Assembly: GCA_963776345.1 (NCBI GenBank)
Contig: CAVZMH010000012.1
Span: 64,001-128,000, forward strand
DNA: 64,000 nucleotides
Reading direction: 5' to 3'
Origin: an uncultured delta proteobacterium
GTDB lineage: Bacteria > Myxococcota > Myxococcia > Myxococcales > Myxococcaceae
Positions 9,521 to 23,899 of the stretch are shown piece after piece. Every line of letters begins with the position of its first letter. Within the stretch, counting starts at the first letter, position 1. The position numbers and the translations under genes were made by a program. The notes under the pieces were generated by a model. The model was not told where the DNA came from, did not search any database, and saw nothing but the letters and a program-made list of their open reading frames with translations.

Positions 9521-10725
9521 GGCCCACCACCATCACCCAGGACCGGCTGAAGGCCGGCGGGCGGACCTTCACCCTCGCCGCCGGGCTCGGTGTCGCGGGC
9601 CTGGTCGCCACCGCCATCGGCTACGCGGTGGGCGGCGCCGAGCGTCCGGTCATCCTCGCCGGCTACCTGGTGGCCTTCGCCTACTGGCTGGGCATCGCCA
9701 TCGCGGCGAGCATCTGGAACGCCATCTTCCATGCCTCGGCCGCGCGGTGGATGACCGTCTTCCGGCGGGTCTTCGAGTCGATGGGCGCGGCGATCCCGGT
9801 CTTCGTCGTCCTCTTCCTGCCCATCGCCCTGGGGATGCCGGTGCTGTTCCCCTGGGTGAATCCGTCGAACAAGATGAGCCACGAGCAGCTGGAGCTGCTC
9901 ACCCACAAGGCGGCCTGGCTGAACGTGCCCGGGTTCCTGGTGCGGGCGGTCATCTACTTCGCCATCTGGGTGGTGGTGAACCAGCTGCTCCGTGGCTGGT
10001 CGCTGCGCCAGGATGCCGAGGGCGGCCTCGAGCCGACCAAGCGCATGCGCCGCTACGGCTCGGGCGCGCTGCCGTTCCTCGGGCTGTCGATCACCTTCGC
10101 CGGGTTCGACTGGCTGATGTCGGTGGACCCGTTCTGGTTCTCCACCATCTTCGGCGCGTACTACTTCGCGGGCAGCTTCCTCTCCTGCATCGCGCTCCTG
10201 ACGGTCATCGCCGTCCGGACCCGGAACGAGCAGCGGCAGTTCGGCGGGCTGGTCACCCGGCACCACACCCACAACCTGGGCAAGCTGATGCTGGCCTTCA
10301 CCGCCTTCTGGACCTACATCGCCTTCAGCCAGTTCATGCTCATCTGGATCGCCAACCTCCCCGAGGAGGCGGCCTGGTACGTGGTGCGGATGCGGGGCGG
10401 CTGGCAGGGCGTGGGCATCTTCCTGATCGTCACCCACTTCATCATCCCCTTCTTCACGCTCCTCTCCCGGGGCCTGAAGTTCAACCCCCGGGGCCTGGCC
10501 TTCGTGGCGGTGTGGATCCTGGTGGTCCACTGGGTCGACCTCACCTGGCTGGTGATGCCCGCGCTCCACCCCGAGGGCTTCTACGTCCACTGGACGGCCA
10601 TCCCCGCGATGATCGGCGTCGGGGGCGTGGCGATCGCCTTCGCCCGGTGGCGCGCCGCGGGCCACTTCACCCTCCCGGTCAAGGACCCGTACCTGACCGA
10701 CTCGCTGAGGTATTCGCAGGCATGA
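9508..10725 (+). CDS. actF: Alternative complex III membrane subunit ActF
   Basis: Polytopic; DWLMSVDPFWFSTIFG, HNLGKL, FSQFMLIWIANLPEE. Confidence 0.88.
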   Translation: MVEVGPTTITQDRLKAGGRTFTLAAGLGVAGLVATAIGYAVGGAERPVILAGYLVAFAYWLGIAIAASIWNAIFHASAARWMTVFRRVFESMGAAIPVFVVLFLPIALGMPVLFPWVNPSNKMSHEQLELLTHKAAWLNVPGFLVRAVIYFAIWVVVNQLLRGWSLRQDAEGGLEPTKRMRRYGSGALPFLGLSITFAGFDWLMSVDPFWFSTIFGAYYFAGSFLSCIALLTVIAVRTRNEQRQFGGLVTRHHTHNLGKLMLAFTAFWTYIAFSQFMLIWIANLPEEAAWYVVRMRGGWQGVGIFLIVTHFIIPFFTLLSRGLKFNPRGLAFVAVWILVVHWVDLTWLVMPALHPEGFYVHWTAIPAMIGVGGVAIAFARWRAAGHFTLPVKDPYLTDSLRYSQA

Positions 10726-11120
10726 GCACCACCGCACACAGCCAGCATCCACCGGGGGCGCACGACTCCTCCGAGCAGATGAACTGGGGCTGGATCATCG
10801 GCGTCGGCGCCGGGTCGATGATCATCTTCGCCCTGGCCACCGTCTGGTCGACGCACATCCTCAACTCCACCCGGGCCGAGCTCCAGCCGGGCGGCCCGCC
10901 CCCCTTGCCCAAGCAGGTGGACCAGTACGAGGTGGGCATCGTGAACCAGCGGGTGTTCTCGCTGGACCAGCGGGCGGCGCAGAAGCGGCTCCAGCAGATG
11001 GAGCGGCTCCGCAGCTATGGCTGGGTGGATCGCGAGACCGGCGTGGCGCACATCCCCGTCGACGAGGCGATGAAGATGTACCTCGCCGACCAGGCGAAGA
11101 AGGGCGGCCAGCAGAAGTGA
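10722..11120 (+). CDS. Small single-TM protein, ActG-like / ACIII-associated
   Basis: ATG overlaps the actF stop; one TM helix; YGWVD...AHIPVDEAM motif; lies between actF and sco. Confidence 0.7.
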   Translation: MSTTAHSQHPPGAHDSSEQMNWGWIIGVGAGSMIIFALATVWSTHILNSTRAELQPGGPPPLPKQVDQYEVGIVNQRVFSLDQRAAQKRLQQMERLRSYGWVDRETGVAHIPVDEAMKMYLADQAKKGGQQK

Positions 11121-11938
11121 GACGGTCGCAGCACCACCTGGTCGCGCTCCTGTCCGCGCTCCTCCCGTTCGCGGCCGGGGCCCAGGTGAACGTGCCTGCC
11201 CCGATGCAGGGTGTGGACGTGATCGAGCAGCTCGGAGACCGGGTGCCCGAGGACGGGCGGCTCATCGACTCGGAGGGGCAGCCCTTCCGGCTCGCGGACG
11301 AGCTGCACCAGGGAAAGCCCGTGGTGCTGGCGCTGGTCTACTACCGCTGCCCGCAGCTCTGCAGCCTGACGCTCTCCAGCCTGACCCGCACGCTCCGCGA
11401 CTCGGGGATGAAGCTGGGCCGCGACTACCGGGCGGTGGTGGTGAGCATCGACCCCGCCGAGACGTCGCGGGACTCTGCCGAGTCGAAGCGTGGCCACATG
11501 CAGGCGCTGGGCGTCTCGCCCACCACGCCGGACTGGCGGTTCGCCACCGCCGCCGAGCCCGAGATCCGGGCGCTGGCGAAGGCCACCGGCTTCCTCTACA
11601 AGTACGACCCCCCGACGAAGCAGTTCGCGCACCCGTCGGTCGCCTTCGTCCTCTCCGAGGACGGGCGCCTCTCGCGCTACCTGTACGGGATCGAGTACCC
11701 GGCGCGCGACATGAAGCTGGCCCTGGTCGAGGCCGGCAAGGGCAAGGTCGGCACCGCGTTCGATCGCGTGCTGCTCACCTGCTTCAAGTACGACCCGGCG
11801 AAGCGCAGTTATGGCCCATACGTGCTGGCCTTCATCCGCATCGGGGCCCTCCTGGTCTTCGCCGCGCTGGTGGCCTTACTGACGGTGCTCTGGAGGCATG
11901 ACTTGAAGCTGAAGAAGCGGCGGGGTGCGACGGCATGA
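11117..11938 (+). CDS. SCO1/SenC family copper chaperone
   Basis: Signal peptide, YYRCPQLC (CxxxC), FAHPS His, C-terminal TM anchor. Confidence 0.9.
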   Translation: MRRSQHHLVALLSALLPFAAGAQVNVPAPMQGVDVIEQLGDRVPEDGRLIDSEGQPFRLADELHQGKPVVLALVYYRCPQLCSLTLSSLTRTLRDSGMKLGRDYRAVVVSIDPAETSRDSAESKRGHMQALGVSPTTPDWRFATAAEPEIRALAKATGFLYKYDPPTKQFAHPSVAFVLSEDGRLSRYLYGIEYPARDMKLALVEAGKGKVGTAFDRVLLTCFKYDPAKRSYGPYVLAFIRIGALLVFAALVALLTVLWRHDLKLKKRRGATA

Positions 11939-12969
11939 ACGAGATCATGAGGCGCTTGCTGTTCCTCCCCGAGCAAGCCTCGACCTTCGCCCTGGACGTC
12001 GACCACCTGCACTACTTCGTGATCATCGTGACGATGGTCTCGAGCCTCGGCGTCGGGCTGGTCGCCCTGGCGTTCTTCTGGAAGTACCGCCGCCAGCCGG
12101 AGAACGAGTACCAGTCCACGCCCGACATCCAGCCCACCGCGATGTTCGAGGTGGTGGCGATCAGCGTGCCGCTGGCGTTCTTCCTGGTGTGGTTCGCGAT
12201 CGGCTTCCGGGACTTCGTGAAGCTCTCCTCGCCGCCGCCGGACGCGATGGACGTCTACGTGATGGGCAAGCAGTGGATGTGGAAGTTCGCGTACCCCGAG
12301 GGCCCGAACTCCATCGGCGTGCTCCACGTGCCGGCCAACCGTCCGGTGCGGCTGCTGATCACCTCGCGGGACGTCATCCACTCGGTGTTCATCCCCGCCT
12401 TCCGGGTAAAGATGGACGCCCAGCCCGGCCGGTACACCGAGACCTGGTTCATCGCCACCAAGCCGGGGCGGTACCAGCTGCTCTGCACCGAGTACTGCGG
12501 CGCCCAGCACAGCAAGATGTGGGGCGAGGTCGTGGTGATGGCCCCCGAGGCCTTCGACGAGTGGATCAAGGAGCAGCAGCGCGGCCTGGTGTCCCGCCAG
12601 GACGTGCTGGCCGACGAGAGCCAGGTCAGCCAGCAGGGCAGCCTCGCCCAGTGGGGCAAGCAGGTGGCCATCTACCAGGGCTGCCTCCGCTGCCACAACG
12701 TGAGCGGCCCCGAGCCCGCCACCGGCCCGAGCTGGGTGGACCTCTACCAGCAGCCCACCAAGCTGGCGGACGGGCGGGAGATCATCGCCGACGAGGCGTA
12801 CCTCACCGAGTCGATGATGGAGCCCACGGCGAAGATCGTCGCCGGCTACCAGCCACTGATGCCGAACTACCAGGGGAAGCTGAGCGGCCCCGAGGCGGCG
12901 GCCATCGTGGAGTACATCAAGAGCCTCCGGTCCGACCGCACCGTGCAGGCCACCGGAGGTGAGGAATGA
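11935..12969 (+). CDS. coxB: Cytochrome c oxidase subunit II with fused cytochrome c (caa3 type)
   Basis: Two TM helices, KQWMW, DVIHS, CTEYCGAQHSKM CuA motif, C-terminal CLRCH...MP. Confidence 0.95.
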   Translation: MNEIMRRLLFLPEQASTFALDVDHLHYFVIIVTMVSSLGVGLVALAFFWKYRRQPENEYQSTPDIQPTAMFEVVAISVPLAFFLVWFAIGFRDFVKLSSPPPDAMDVYVMGKQWMWKFAYPEGPNSIGVLHVPANRPVRLLITSRDVIHSVFIPAFRVKMDAQPGRYTETWFIATKPGRYQLLCTEYCGAQHSKMWGEVVVMAPEAFDEWIKEQQRGLVSRQDVLADESQVSQQGSLAQWGKQVAIYQGCLRCHNVSGPEPATGPSWVDLYQQPTKLADGREIIADEAYLTESMMEPTAKIVAGYQPLMPNYQGKLSGPEAAAIVEYIKSLRSDRTVQATGGEE

Positions 12970-14627
12970 CCGCGCCGATCTCCACCGCCGCCGTCCCGCC
13001 CGCGGGCGCGGTGTTCCCCAAGAAGCACTACCTGAACGACGGCACCACCATCCGCTCGTGGCTCCTCACCGTGGACCACAAGCGGATCGCCATCATGTAC
13101 CTGGTGGGGGTGCTCATCGCCCTGCTCCTGGGCGGCATCTTCGCCATGGTCCTCCGGCTGGAGCTGCTCACCCCGGGGCCGACCATCATCGAGGCGCTGA
13201 CCTACAACCGGATGTTCACCCTGCACGGCCTGGTCATGATCTTCATGTTCATGATCCCGGCCATCCCGGGCGTGTTCGGGAACTTCTTCCTCCCGATCAT
13301 GCTGGGGGCGAAGGACGTGGCGTTCCCCAAGTGGAACCTGACCTCGTACTACGTCTACCTGGCCGGCTCGACGCTGATGCTCTGGGGGCTGATCACCGGC
13401 GGCGCGGACACCGGCTGGACCTTCTACGCGCCGTACAGCACCACCACCACCACCAACATCGCGCCGGTGATGCTGGGGGTGTTCGTCATCGGGTTCAGCT
13501 CCATCCTCACCGGGCTGAACTTCATCGTCACCATCCACACCCTCCGCGCGCCGGGCGTGACCTGGTTCAAGATGCCCCTGTTCGTCTGGGCGGTCTACGC
13601 CACCAGCGTCATCCAGGTGCTGGCCACTCCGGTGCTGGGGCTCACCACGCTGCTGGTCGCCGCCGAGCACACCTTCGGCTTCGGCTTCTTCGATCCGGCG
13701 CGGGGCGGTGACCCGATCCTCTTCCAGCACCTGTTCTGGTTCTACAGCCACCCGGCGGTGTACATCATGGTGCTGCCGGCGATGGGCGTGATCAGCGAGT
13801 GCATCTGCGCCTACGCCCGGAAGAACATCTTCGGCTACAAGATGATCGCCATGAGCTCACTGGGCATCGCCTTCGTGGGCTTCTTCGCCTGGGGACACCA
13901 CCTCTTCACCTCGGGCCAGAGCGCCTTCGACGCCGGGGCCTTCGGGGCGATCTCCATGCTGGTGGGCGTGTTCACCGCGATCAAGGTCTTCAACTGGGTG
14001 GCCACGCTCTACAAGGGCTCGATCGCCTTCACCGCGCCCTTCGTCTACATCTGCGGCTTCCTCTTCTTCCTGGTGTTCGGCGGGATGACCGGCGTGGCGC
14101 TGGCCACCGTGTCGCTCGACGTGCACTGGCAGGACACCTACTTCGTGGTGGCCCACTTCCACTTCATCATGGTGGGGGCGGTGATCATGGGCTTCCTCGC
14201 CGCGCTCCATTACTGGTTCCCGAAGATGTTCGGCCGGAAGTACCCGGAGAACTGGGCGCTCCTGGCGGCGGGGCTCATCGTCCTCGGCTTCAACGCCACC
14301 TTCATCCCCCAGTTCCTCCTGGGGAACGCGGGCATGCCCCGGCGCTACTACGAGTACCCGGAGCGCTTCGCCGCGCTGAACGTGGCCTCCACCGCCGGCG
14401 CCTCGCTGCTCGCCTTCGGGTTCATCATCATCGCCATCTACCTGGCCATCGCCCTGAAGTACGGCCAGGTGGCGGGCCGGAACCCCTGGGGCAGCCGCGG
14501 CTACGAGTGGGACGTGCCCTCGCCGCCGCCCACCGAGAACTTCGACCACGTCCCCGACCACACCCGGGGGCCGCACGAGTACCAGGACTTCGCGGAGGAG
14601 TTCGCCAAGGTGGGCCATGCAAGCTAG
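12966..14627 (+). CDS. coxA: Cytochrome c oxidase subunit I, type A2
   Basis: TLHG, GWTFY, WFYSHPAVY (YS motif of the A2 subfamily), WGHH, HFH, MPRRY. Confidence 0.96.
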   Translation: MTAPISTAAVPPAGAVFPKKHYLNDGTTIRSWLLTVDHKRIAIMYLVGVLIALLLGGIFAMVLRLELLTPGPTIIEALTYNRMFTLHGLVMIFMFMIPAIPGVFGNFFLPIMLGAKDVAFPKWNLTSYYVYLAGSTLMLWGLITGGADTGWTFYAPYSTTTTTNIAPVMLGVFVIGFSSILTGLNFIVTIHTLRAPGVTWFKMPLFVWAVYATSVIQVLATPVLGLTTLLVAAEHTFGFGFFDPARGGDPILFQHLFWFYSHPAVYIMVLPAMGVISECICAYARKNIFGYKMIAMSSLGIAFVGFFAWGHHLFTSGQSAFDAGAFGAISMLVGVFTAIKVFNWVATLYKGSIAFTAPFVYICGFLFFLVFGGMTGVALATVSLDVHWQDTYFVVAHFHFIMVGAVIMGFLAALHYWFPKMFGRKYPENWALLAAGLIVLGFNATFIPQFLLGNAGMPRRYYEYPERFAALNVASTAGASLLAFGFIIIAIYLAIALKYGQVAGRNPWGSRGYEWDVPSPPPTENFDHVPDHTRGPHEYQDFAEEFAKVGHAS

Positions 14628-15291
14628 CGCCACGGCGCGGAAGATGACGGCGGAGGGCTGGCTGGAGCCGCCTCCGGTCCCGCATCACTACGAGAGCCTC
14701 GAGAACCACCACAGCGCCGTCCGCTTCGGCATGTGGCTGTTCCTCGGGACCGAGGTGCTGCTCTTCGCCGGCATCTTCGTGGGCTACTTCGTCTTCCGGA
14801 CCTACTTCCCGGAGTCGTTCGAGCAGGCAGGGCGGCACCTCAGCCTGTTCCTGGGGACGCTGAACACGTTCCTGCTGCTCACCTCGAGCCTCACCGTGGC
14901 CCTGGCGCACCACAACGCCGAGCACGGGAAGAACCGGAACGCCTTCTGGCTCCTGATGACCTCGGTGGCCATGGGCGCCGGGTTCCTCTGCATCAAGGCC
15001 ATCGAGTACCACACGAAGTTCGTGGAGGGCGCCCTGCCCGGGAGGTTCTTCCGCTTCTCCGAGGTCAACGCTCCGGGCGGGCCGATCTTCTACGTGGTCT
15101 ACTTCTTCTCCACCGGGCTGCACGCGATGCACGTCATCGTGGGGATGAGCCTGCTCACCTGGGTGGCCATCCGCTGCTGGCGCAAGGAGTTCTCGCCGAC
15201 GTACTACGCCCCGGTGGAGAACGCCGGGCTCTACTGGCACCTGGTCGATCTCGTCTGGATCTTCCTCTACCCTCTGCTCTACCTGGTCTGA
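14617..15291 (+). CDS. coxC: Cytochrome c oxidase subunit III
   Basis: GMWLFLGTEVLLF, TGLHAMHV, GLYWHLVDLVWIFLYPLLY. Confidence 0.93.
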   Translation: MQASATARKMTAEGWLEPPPVPHHYESLENHHSAVRFGMWLFLGTEVLLFAGIFVGYFVFRTYFPESFEQAGRHLSLFLGTLNTFLLLTSSLTVALAHHNAEHGKNRNAFWLLMTSVAMGAGFLCIKAIEYHTKFVEGALPGRFFRFSEVNAPGGPIFYVVYFFSTGLHAMHVIVGMSLLTWVAIRCWRKEFSPTYYAPVENAGLYWHLVDLVWIFLYPLLYLV

Positions 15292-15294
15292 CCC

Positions 15295-15732
15295 ATGGCC
15301 TCGACCACCACCACCGCCGGCGCGCCGGCGCACGCGAACAAGGAATTCGGACCCGGGAAGCTGATCCTCAACTGGCTCGTGCTGTGCGGGTTGACCGCCG
15401 CGACCTTCGGGGTGTCTCAGCTCCAGATGAGCATCAACTCCCACCTGGCGGCGGCCCTCTGCATCGCCACGGTGAAGGTGACGCTGGTGGTGCTGTTCTT
15501 CATGCACCTCTGGCACGGCGAGGGCAGCAACCGCATCGTCTTCGTCGTCTCCTTCGTCTTCCTCCTGGTGCTGATGTTCTTCGTGATGGCGGACGTGTCC
15601 ACCCGCTTCACGCTCGCCAACTCCCGCATCCCGCCGATGCCCAGGGTGGACCAGAAGCTGATGCCCACCGGGATCCCGCCCGGGATGAGCCACGGACCGC
15701 AGCGCACCCCGGGCGAGGCCGGACACCAGTGA
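15295..15732 (+). CDS. Cytochrome c oxidase subunit IV (prokaryotic COX4)
   Basis: Three TM helices; IATVKVTLVVLFFMHL. Confidence 0.88.
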   Translation: MASTTTTAGAPAHANKEFGPGKLILNWLVLCGLTAATFGVSQLQMSINSHLAAALCIATVKVTLVVLFFMHLWHGEGSNRIVFVVSFVFLLVLMFFVMADVSTRFTLANSRIPPMPRVDQKLMPTGIPPGMSHGPQRTPGEAGHQ

Positions 15733-17129
15733 GCGTCCGGCGCCGGGCCCTCTCCACCTCGGCGCTGTTCCGCACCGCCCTCGTCGTCCTCGTCCTGGCG
15801 CTCGCCGGCTGCGTGCACGGCGCCGGCGCGGGGGGCGATCCGGGCAGCGGCATCCGTTTCCTCTCCGACGACTTCTCGGGCGCGCTCGCCCGGGCGCGGG
15901 CCGAGGGGAAGCCGCTCTTCGTCGACGCCTGGGCCCCGTGGTGCCACAGCTGCGTGAGCATGAAGTCGTACGTCTTCCCGGACGGGGTGCTCTCCTCCGT
16001 GGCCGACCGGTACGTCTGGCTCGAGATGGACACCGAGAAGGCCGCCAACCGGGCCTTCGTGGAACAGTTCCCGGCCGAGGCCTTGCCCACGCTCCTGGTC
16101 ATCGACCCGCGGACCGGGCAGGCGGTCCGCCGGTGGATGGGAAGCGCCACCGCCGTCGAGCTCGCCGCGCGCCTCCGCTCCACCGCGCTGGCGCTCACCC
16201 CGGGAGCGCCCGGGACGCCCGGACAGGCGGCGCTGGCCCGGGCGAGCGCGGCCGACGCCCGGGGAGACCACGCCGGCGCGACCGAGGCCCTGCAGGCGGC
16301 GCTCGCCGCGACGCAGCCACGCTCGCTGGACCATGGGCAGGCGGTGGAGGGGCTGGTGCTGCGGCTGGCGCAGGATGGCGACCCGGCGGCCTGCGTGCAG
16401 CTCGCCCGCGAGGAGCTGGGCCACGTCGCGCCGGGGACCGCGCTCGCCACCCTCGTCTCCACCGGACTGTCCTGCGCGCTCGAGCTCCCGGAGGAAGACC
16501 CAGGGCGGAGAGCCGCGCTCGGCGCGCTCGAGGGCCGGGTGGCGTCCCTGGCCCGGGATCCCTCCGTGGTCCTGATGTCGGACGACCGCTCGAGCCTGTT
16601 CGAGACCGAGGAGGGCGCCCGGCGGGCCCGGGGCGACCTGGCCGGGGCGCGGGAGACGGCGCTCCGCTGGACGGCCTTCCTCGAGGGCGAGGCCGCGCGG
16701 GCCACCACGCCCGAGGCCCGCGCGGTGTTCGACTCGCACCGGCTCTCGGCCTACCTGGCGCTCGGGGAGCCGGAGCGGGCCATCCCGATGCTCGAGCAGA
16801 GCGCCCGGGACTTCCCGAAGGACTACAACCCGCCGGCCCGGCTCGCGGTGGCGTACCTGGCGATGCGGGACCCATGGCACGCGCTCGACGAGGCGCGCCG
16901 GGCGGCGTCGCTGGTCTACGGCCCGCGCACGCTCCGGGTGCTGCTGGTCAAGGCCGAGGCCGAGGCGCGGGTCGGGGATTCCCATGCCGCCCGGGTGACG
17001 CTGGCCCGGGCCGAGAAGCTGGTCAACGAGCTGGCACCGGCCCAGCGGAGCGCCTCGATGCACACCGCCATCGCCGCGAGGCGGAAGGCGCTGTTCGAGC
17101 CGCCCACCGCGTCGCGCACGGTGCCCTGA
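15729..17129 (+). CDS. Thioredoxin-fold lipoprotein with helical (TPR-like) C-terminal region
   Basis: GTG overlaps the subunit IV stop (GTGA); lipobox LALAGC; DAWAPWCHSC; cis-Pro-like ALPT; Ala/Leu/Arg-rich helical repeats. Confidence 0.75.
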   Translation: MSVRRRALSTSALFRTALVVLVLALAGCVHGAGAGGDPGSGIRFLSDDFSGALARARAEGKPLFVDAWAPWCHSCVSMKSYVFPDGVLSSVADRYVWLEMDTEKAANRAFVEQFPAEALPTLLVIDPRTGQAVRRWMGSATAVELAARLRSTALALTPGAPGTPGQAALARASAADARGDHAGATEALQAALAATQPRSLDHGQAVEGLVLRLAQDGDPAACVQLAREELGHVAPGTALATLVSTGLSCALELPEEDPGRRAALGALEGRVASLARDPSVVLMSDDRSSLFETEEGARRARGDLAGARETALRWTAFLEGEAARATTPEARAVFDSHRLSAYLALGEPERAIPMLEQSARDFPKDYNPPARLAVAYLAMRDPWHALDEARRAASLVYGPRTLRVLLVKAEAEARVGDSHAARVTLARAEKLVNELAPAQRSASMHTAIAARRKALFEPPTASRTVP

Positions 17130-17196
17130 GCGGACCCGGCGCCCCGGCGCGCGCGAGCCTCGATGAGGGTCACTCCCCCTCGAGCTCTCTGGCACG

Positions 17197-19131
17197 ATGC
17201 GCGGCCCGACCATGACCGCCGCCCCCCTCCTCCTGCTCCTCGTCTCCGCGACCCCGACCGAGCCCCAGAAGCCCGTCTCGCCGCTCTCGGAGATGCCGGG
17301 AACGTTCACTCCCTCCGGCATCGACCTCGACCACCAGCGCCGCGAGGTGATGATCCCCATGCGGGACGGAGTGAAGCTCTTCACGGTCATCCTCGTCCCG
17401 AAGGGCGCGCAGAAGGCGCCGATGCTCCTGACCCGGACGCCCTACGACGCGGACAAGCTCACCCGTCACACGCCGTCGGTCCATCTCGGCCCGCTGCTCC
17501 AGGGCTACGACAACGCGACCGACGTCATCGTCGAGGGCGGATACATCCGGGTGGTCCAGGACGTGCGCGGCAAGCACGCCTCCGAGGGTGACTACGTGAT
17601 GAACCGCCCGCTGAAGGGCCGGTGGAACCCCACCGAGGTGGACCACGCCACCGACACCTACGACACCATCGAGTGGCTGGTGAAGAACGTCCCCGAGTCC
17701 AACGGCCGCGTGGGCATCCTCGGCATCTCCTACGACGGCTTCACGCCGCTGATGGCGCTGGTCGACCCCCACCCGGCGCTCAAGGTGGCTGTGCCGATGA
17801 ACCCGATGGTGGACGGCTGGACCGGCGACGACTGGTTCCACCACGGCGCCTTCCGGCTCGCGCCCACCCTCCCGTACGTCTACGAGCAGGAGGCCGACCG
17901 GAAGTCCGAGGTGAAGTGGCCCTCGTCACACCACGACGACTACCAGGCCTACCTCGGCGGCTCGGCCGGAGAGATCGGCCGGCGGCGCGGGATGGAGCAG
18001 CTCGGGTTCTGGCGCAAGCTGCTCGAGCACCCGGCGTACGACGCCTTCTGGCAGGACCAGGCGATGGACCGGGTGCTGGCCGCACGGAAGCTCCAGGTCC
18101 CGGTGATGGTGGTCCACGGGCTCTGGGACCAGGAGGACATCTACGGCGCGACCGCGGTGTACCGGGCGCTGGAGAAGCAGGACCCGGGCAACGACCGCGT
18201 GTTCCTGGTCATCGGCCCCTGGTACCACGGGCAGCAGATCCACGACGGCTCGGCGCTCGGTCCCATCCGCTTCGGGGCAGACACCGCCCGCCAGTTCCGG
18301 CAGGAGGTGCTCCGCCCCTTCCTCGACCACTACCTGAAGGATGGCGCTCCGCCGGCGAACCTGGCGCCGGTCACCGCCTTCGAGAGCGGCACCAACGTCT
18401 GGCGGCGACTCCCTGCCTGGCCCGCCGGCTGCGAGCGAGGCTGCAAGGTGGAGCCGACGCCGCTCTACCTCTCCGCCGGGCATCGCGTCGCCTTCACCCC
18501 GCCGCGGGCCTCGGACGCGGCGTGGGACGAGTGGGTCTCGGACCCGGAGAAGCCCGTCCCGTACCGCGCCCGGCCGGTGCTGAGCGACGAGGCCCACTGG
18601 AAGCCCTGGCTGGTCGGCGACCAGCGCGAGGCCTCGGGACGCACCGACGTGGTGACCTTCGTCTCCGAGCCGCTCCGCGAGCCGCTCAAGGTCGCCGGCT
18701 TTCCGGTGGCGAACCTGGTCGCCTCGACCAGCGGGACGGACTCGGACTGGGTGGTGAAGCTGATCGACGTGTACCCCGACGAGGTGGCCGACCAGCCCGA
18801 GCTCGGCGGCTACCAGCTCATGGTCTCGGCCGACATCCTCCGCGGGCGCTACCGCGAGCGGGCCGACCGTCCAGCCGCCATCCCCGCAGGGAAGGCGCTC
18901 ACCTACCGCTGGGAGCTGCCAACGGTGAACCACGTCTTCCTGCCCGGGCACCGGCTGATGGTCCAGGTCCAGTCGAGCTGGTTCCCGCTCTACGACCGCA
19001 ATCCGCAGACCTTCGTGGAGAGCATCTTCTGGGCGAGGCCCGCGGACTACCGGAAGGCGACCCAGCGCGTGTACCGCGCGCCCGGCCAGGCGAGCTTCGT
19101 GGAGCTGCCGGTCGTGAAGCCCGTTCCCTGA
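17197..19131 (+). CDS. CocE/NonD family hydrolase (alpha-amino acid ester hydrolase-like), secreted
   Basis: Signal peptide, IPMRDGVKL, RTPY, QDVRGK, GISYDG nucleophile motif, DQED, GPWYH, QSSWFPLYDRNPQ. Confidence 0.9.
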   Translation: MRGPTMTAAPLLLLLVSATPTEPQKPVSPLSEMPGTFTPSGIDLDHQRREVMIPMRDGVKLFTVILVPKGAQKAPMLLTRTPYDADKLTRHTPSVHLGPLLQGYDNATDVIVEGGYIRVVQDVRGKHASEGDYVMNRPLKGRWNPTEVDHATDTYDTIEWLVKNVPESNGRVGILGISYDGFTPLMALVDPHPALKVAVPMNPMVDGWTGDDWFHHGAFRLAPTLPYVYEQEADRKSEVKWPSSHHDDYQAYLGGSAGEIGRRRGMEQLGFWRKLLEHPAYDAFWQDQAMDRVLAARKLQVPVMVVHGLWDQEDIYGATAVYRALEKQDPGNDRVFLVIGPWYHGQQIHDGSALGPIRFGADTARQFRQEVLRPFLDHYLKDGAPPANLAPVTAFESGTNVWRRLPAWPAGCERGCKVEPTPLYLSAGHRVAFTPPRASDAAWDEWVSDPEKPVPYRARPVLSDEAHWKPWLVGDQREASGRTDVVTFVSEPLREPLKVAGFPVANLVASTSGTDSDWVVKLIDVYPDEVADQPELGGYQLMVSADILRGRYRERADRPAAIPAGKALTYRWELPTVNHVFLPGHRLMVQVQSSWFPLYDRNPQTFVESIFWARPADYRKATQRVYRAPGQASFVELPVVKPVP

Positions 19132-19165
19132 GCCGGGAACATCGGCGCGGGCGCCATTCTCGCCC

Positions 19166-23863
<4,698 letters not shown>

Positions 23864-23899
23864 GGGAGCCGAACAGTGTAACGGCCTGGCGGCGCTTCC

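Noticed and set aside
23864..23899. LexA/SOS box before lhr (CCGAACAGTGTAACGG)
   Set aside because: Only a GTTC/GAAC half-site matches; several mismatches to the myxobacterial and Gram-positive consensus as I recall them.
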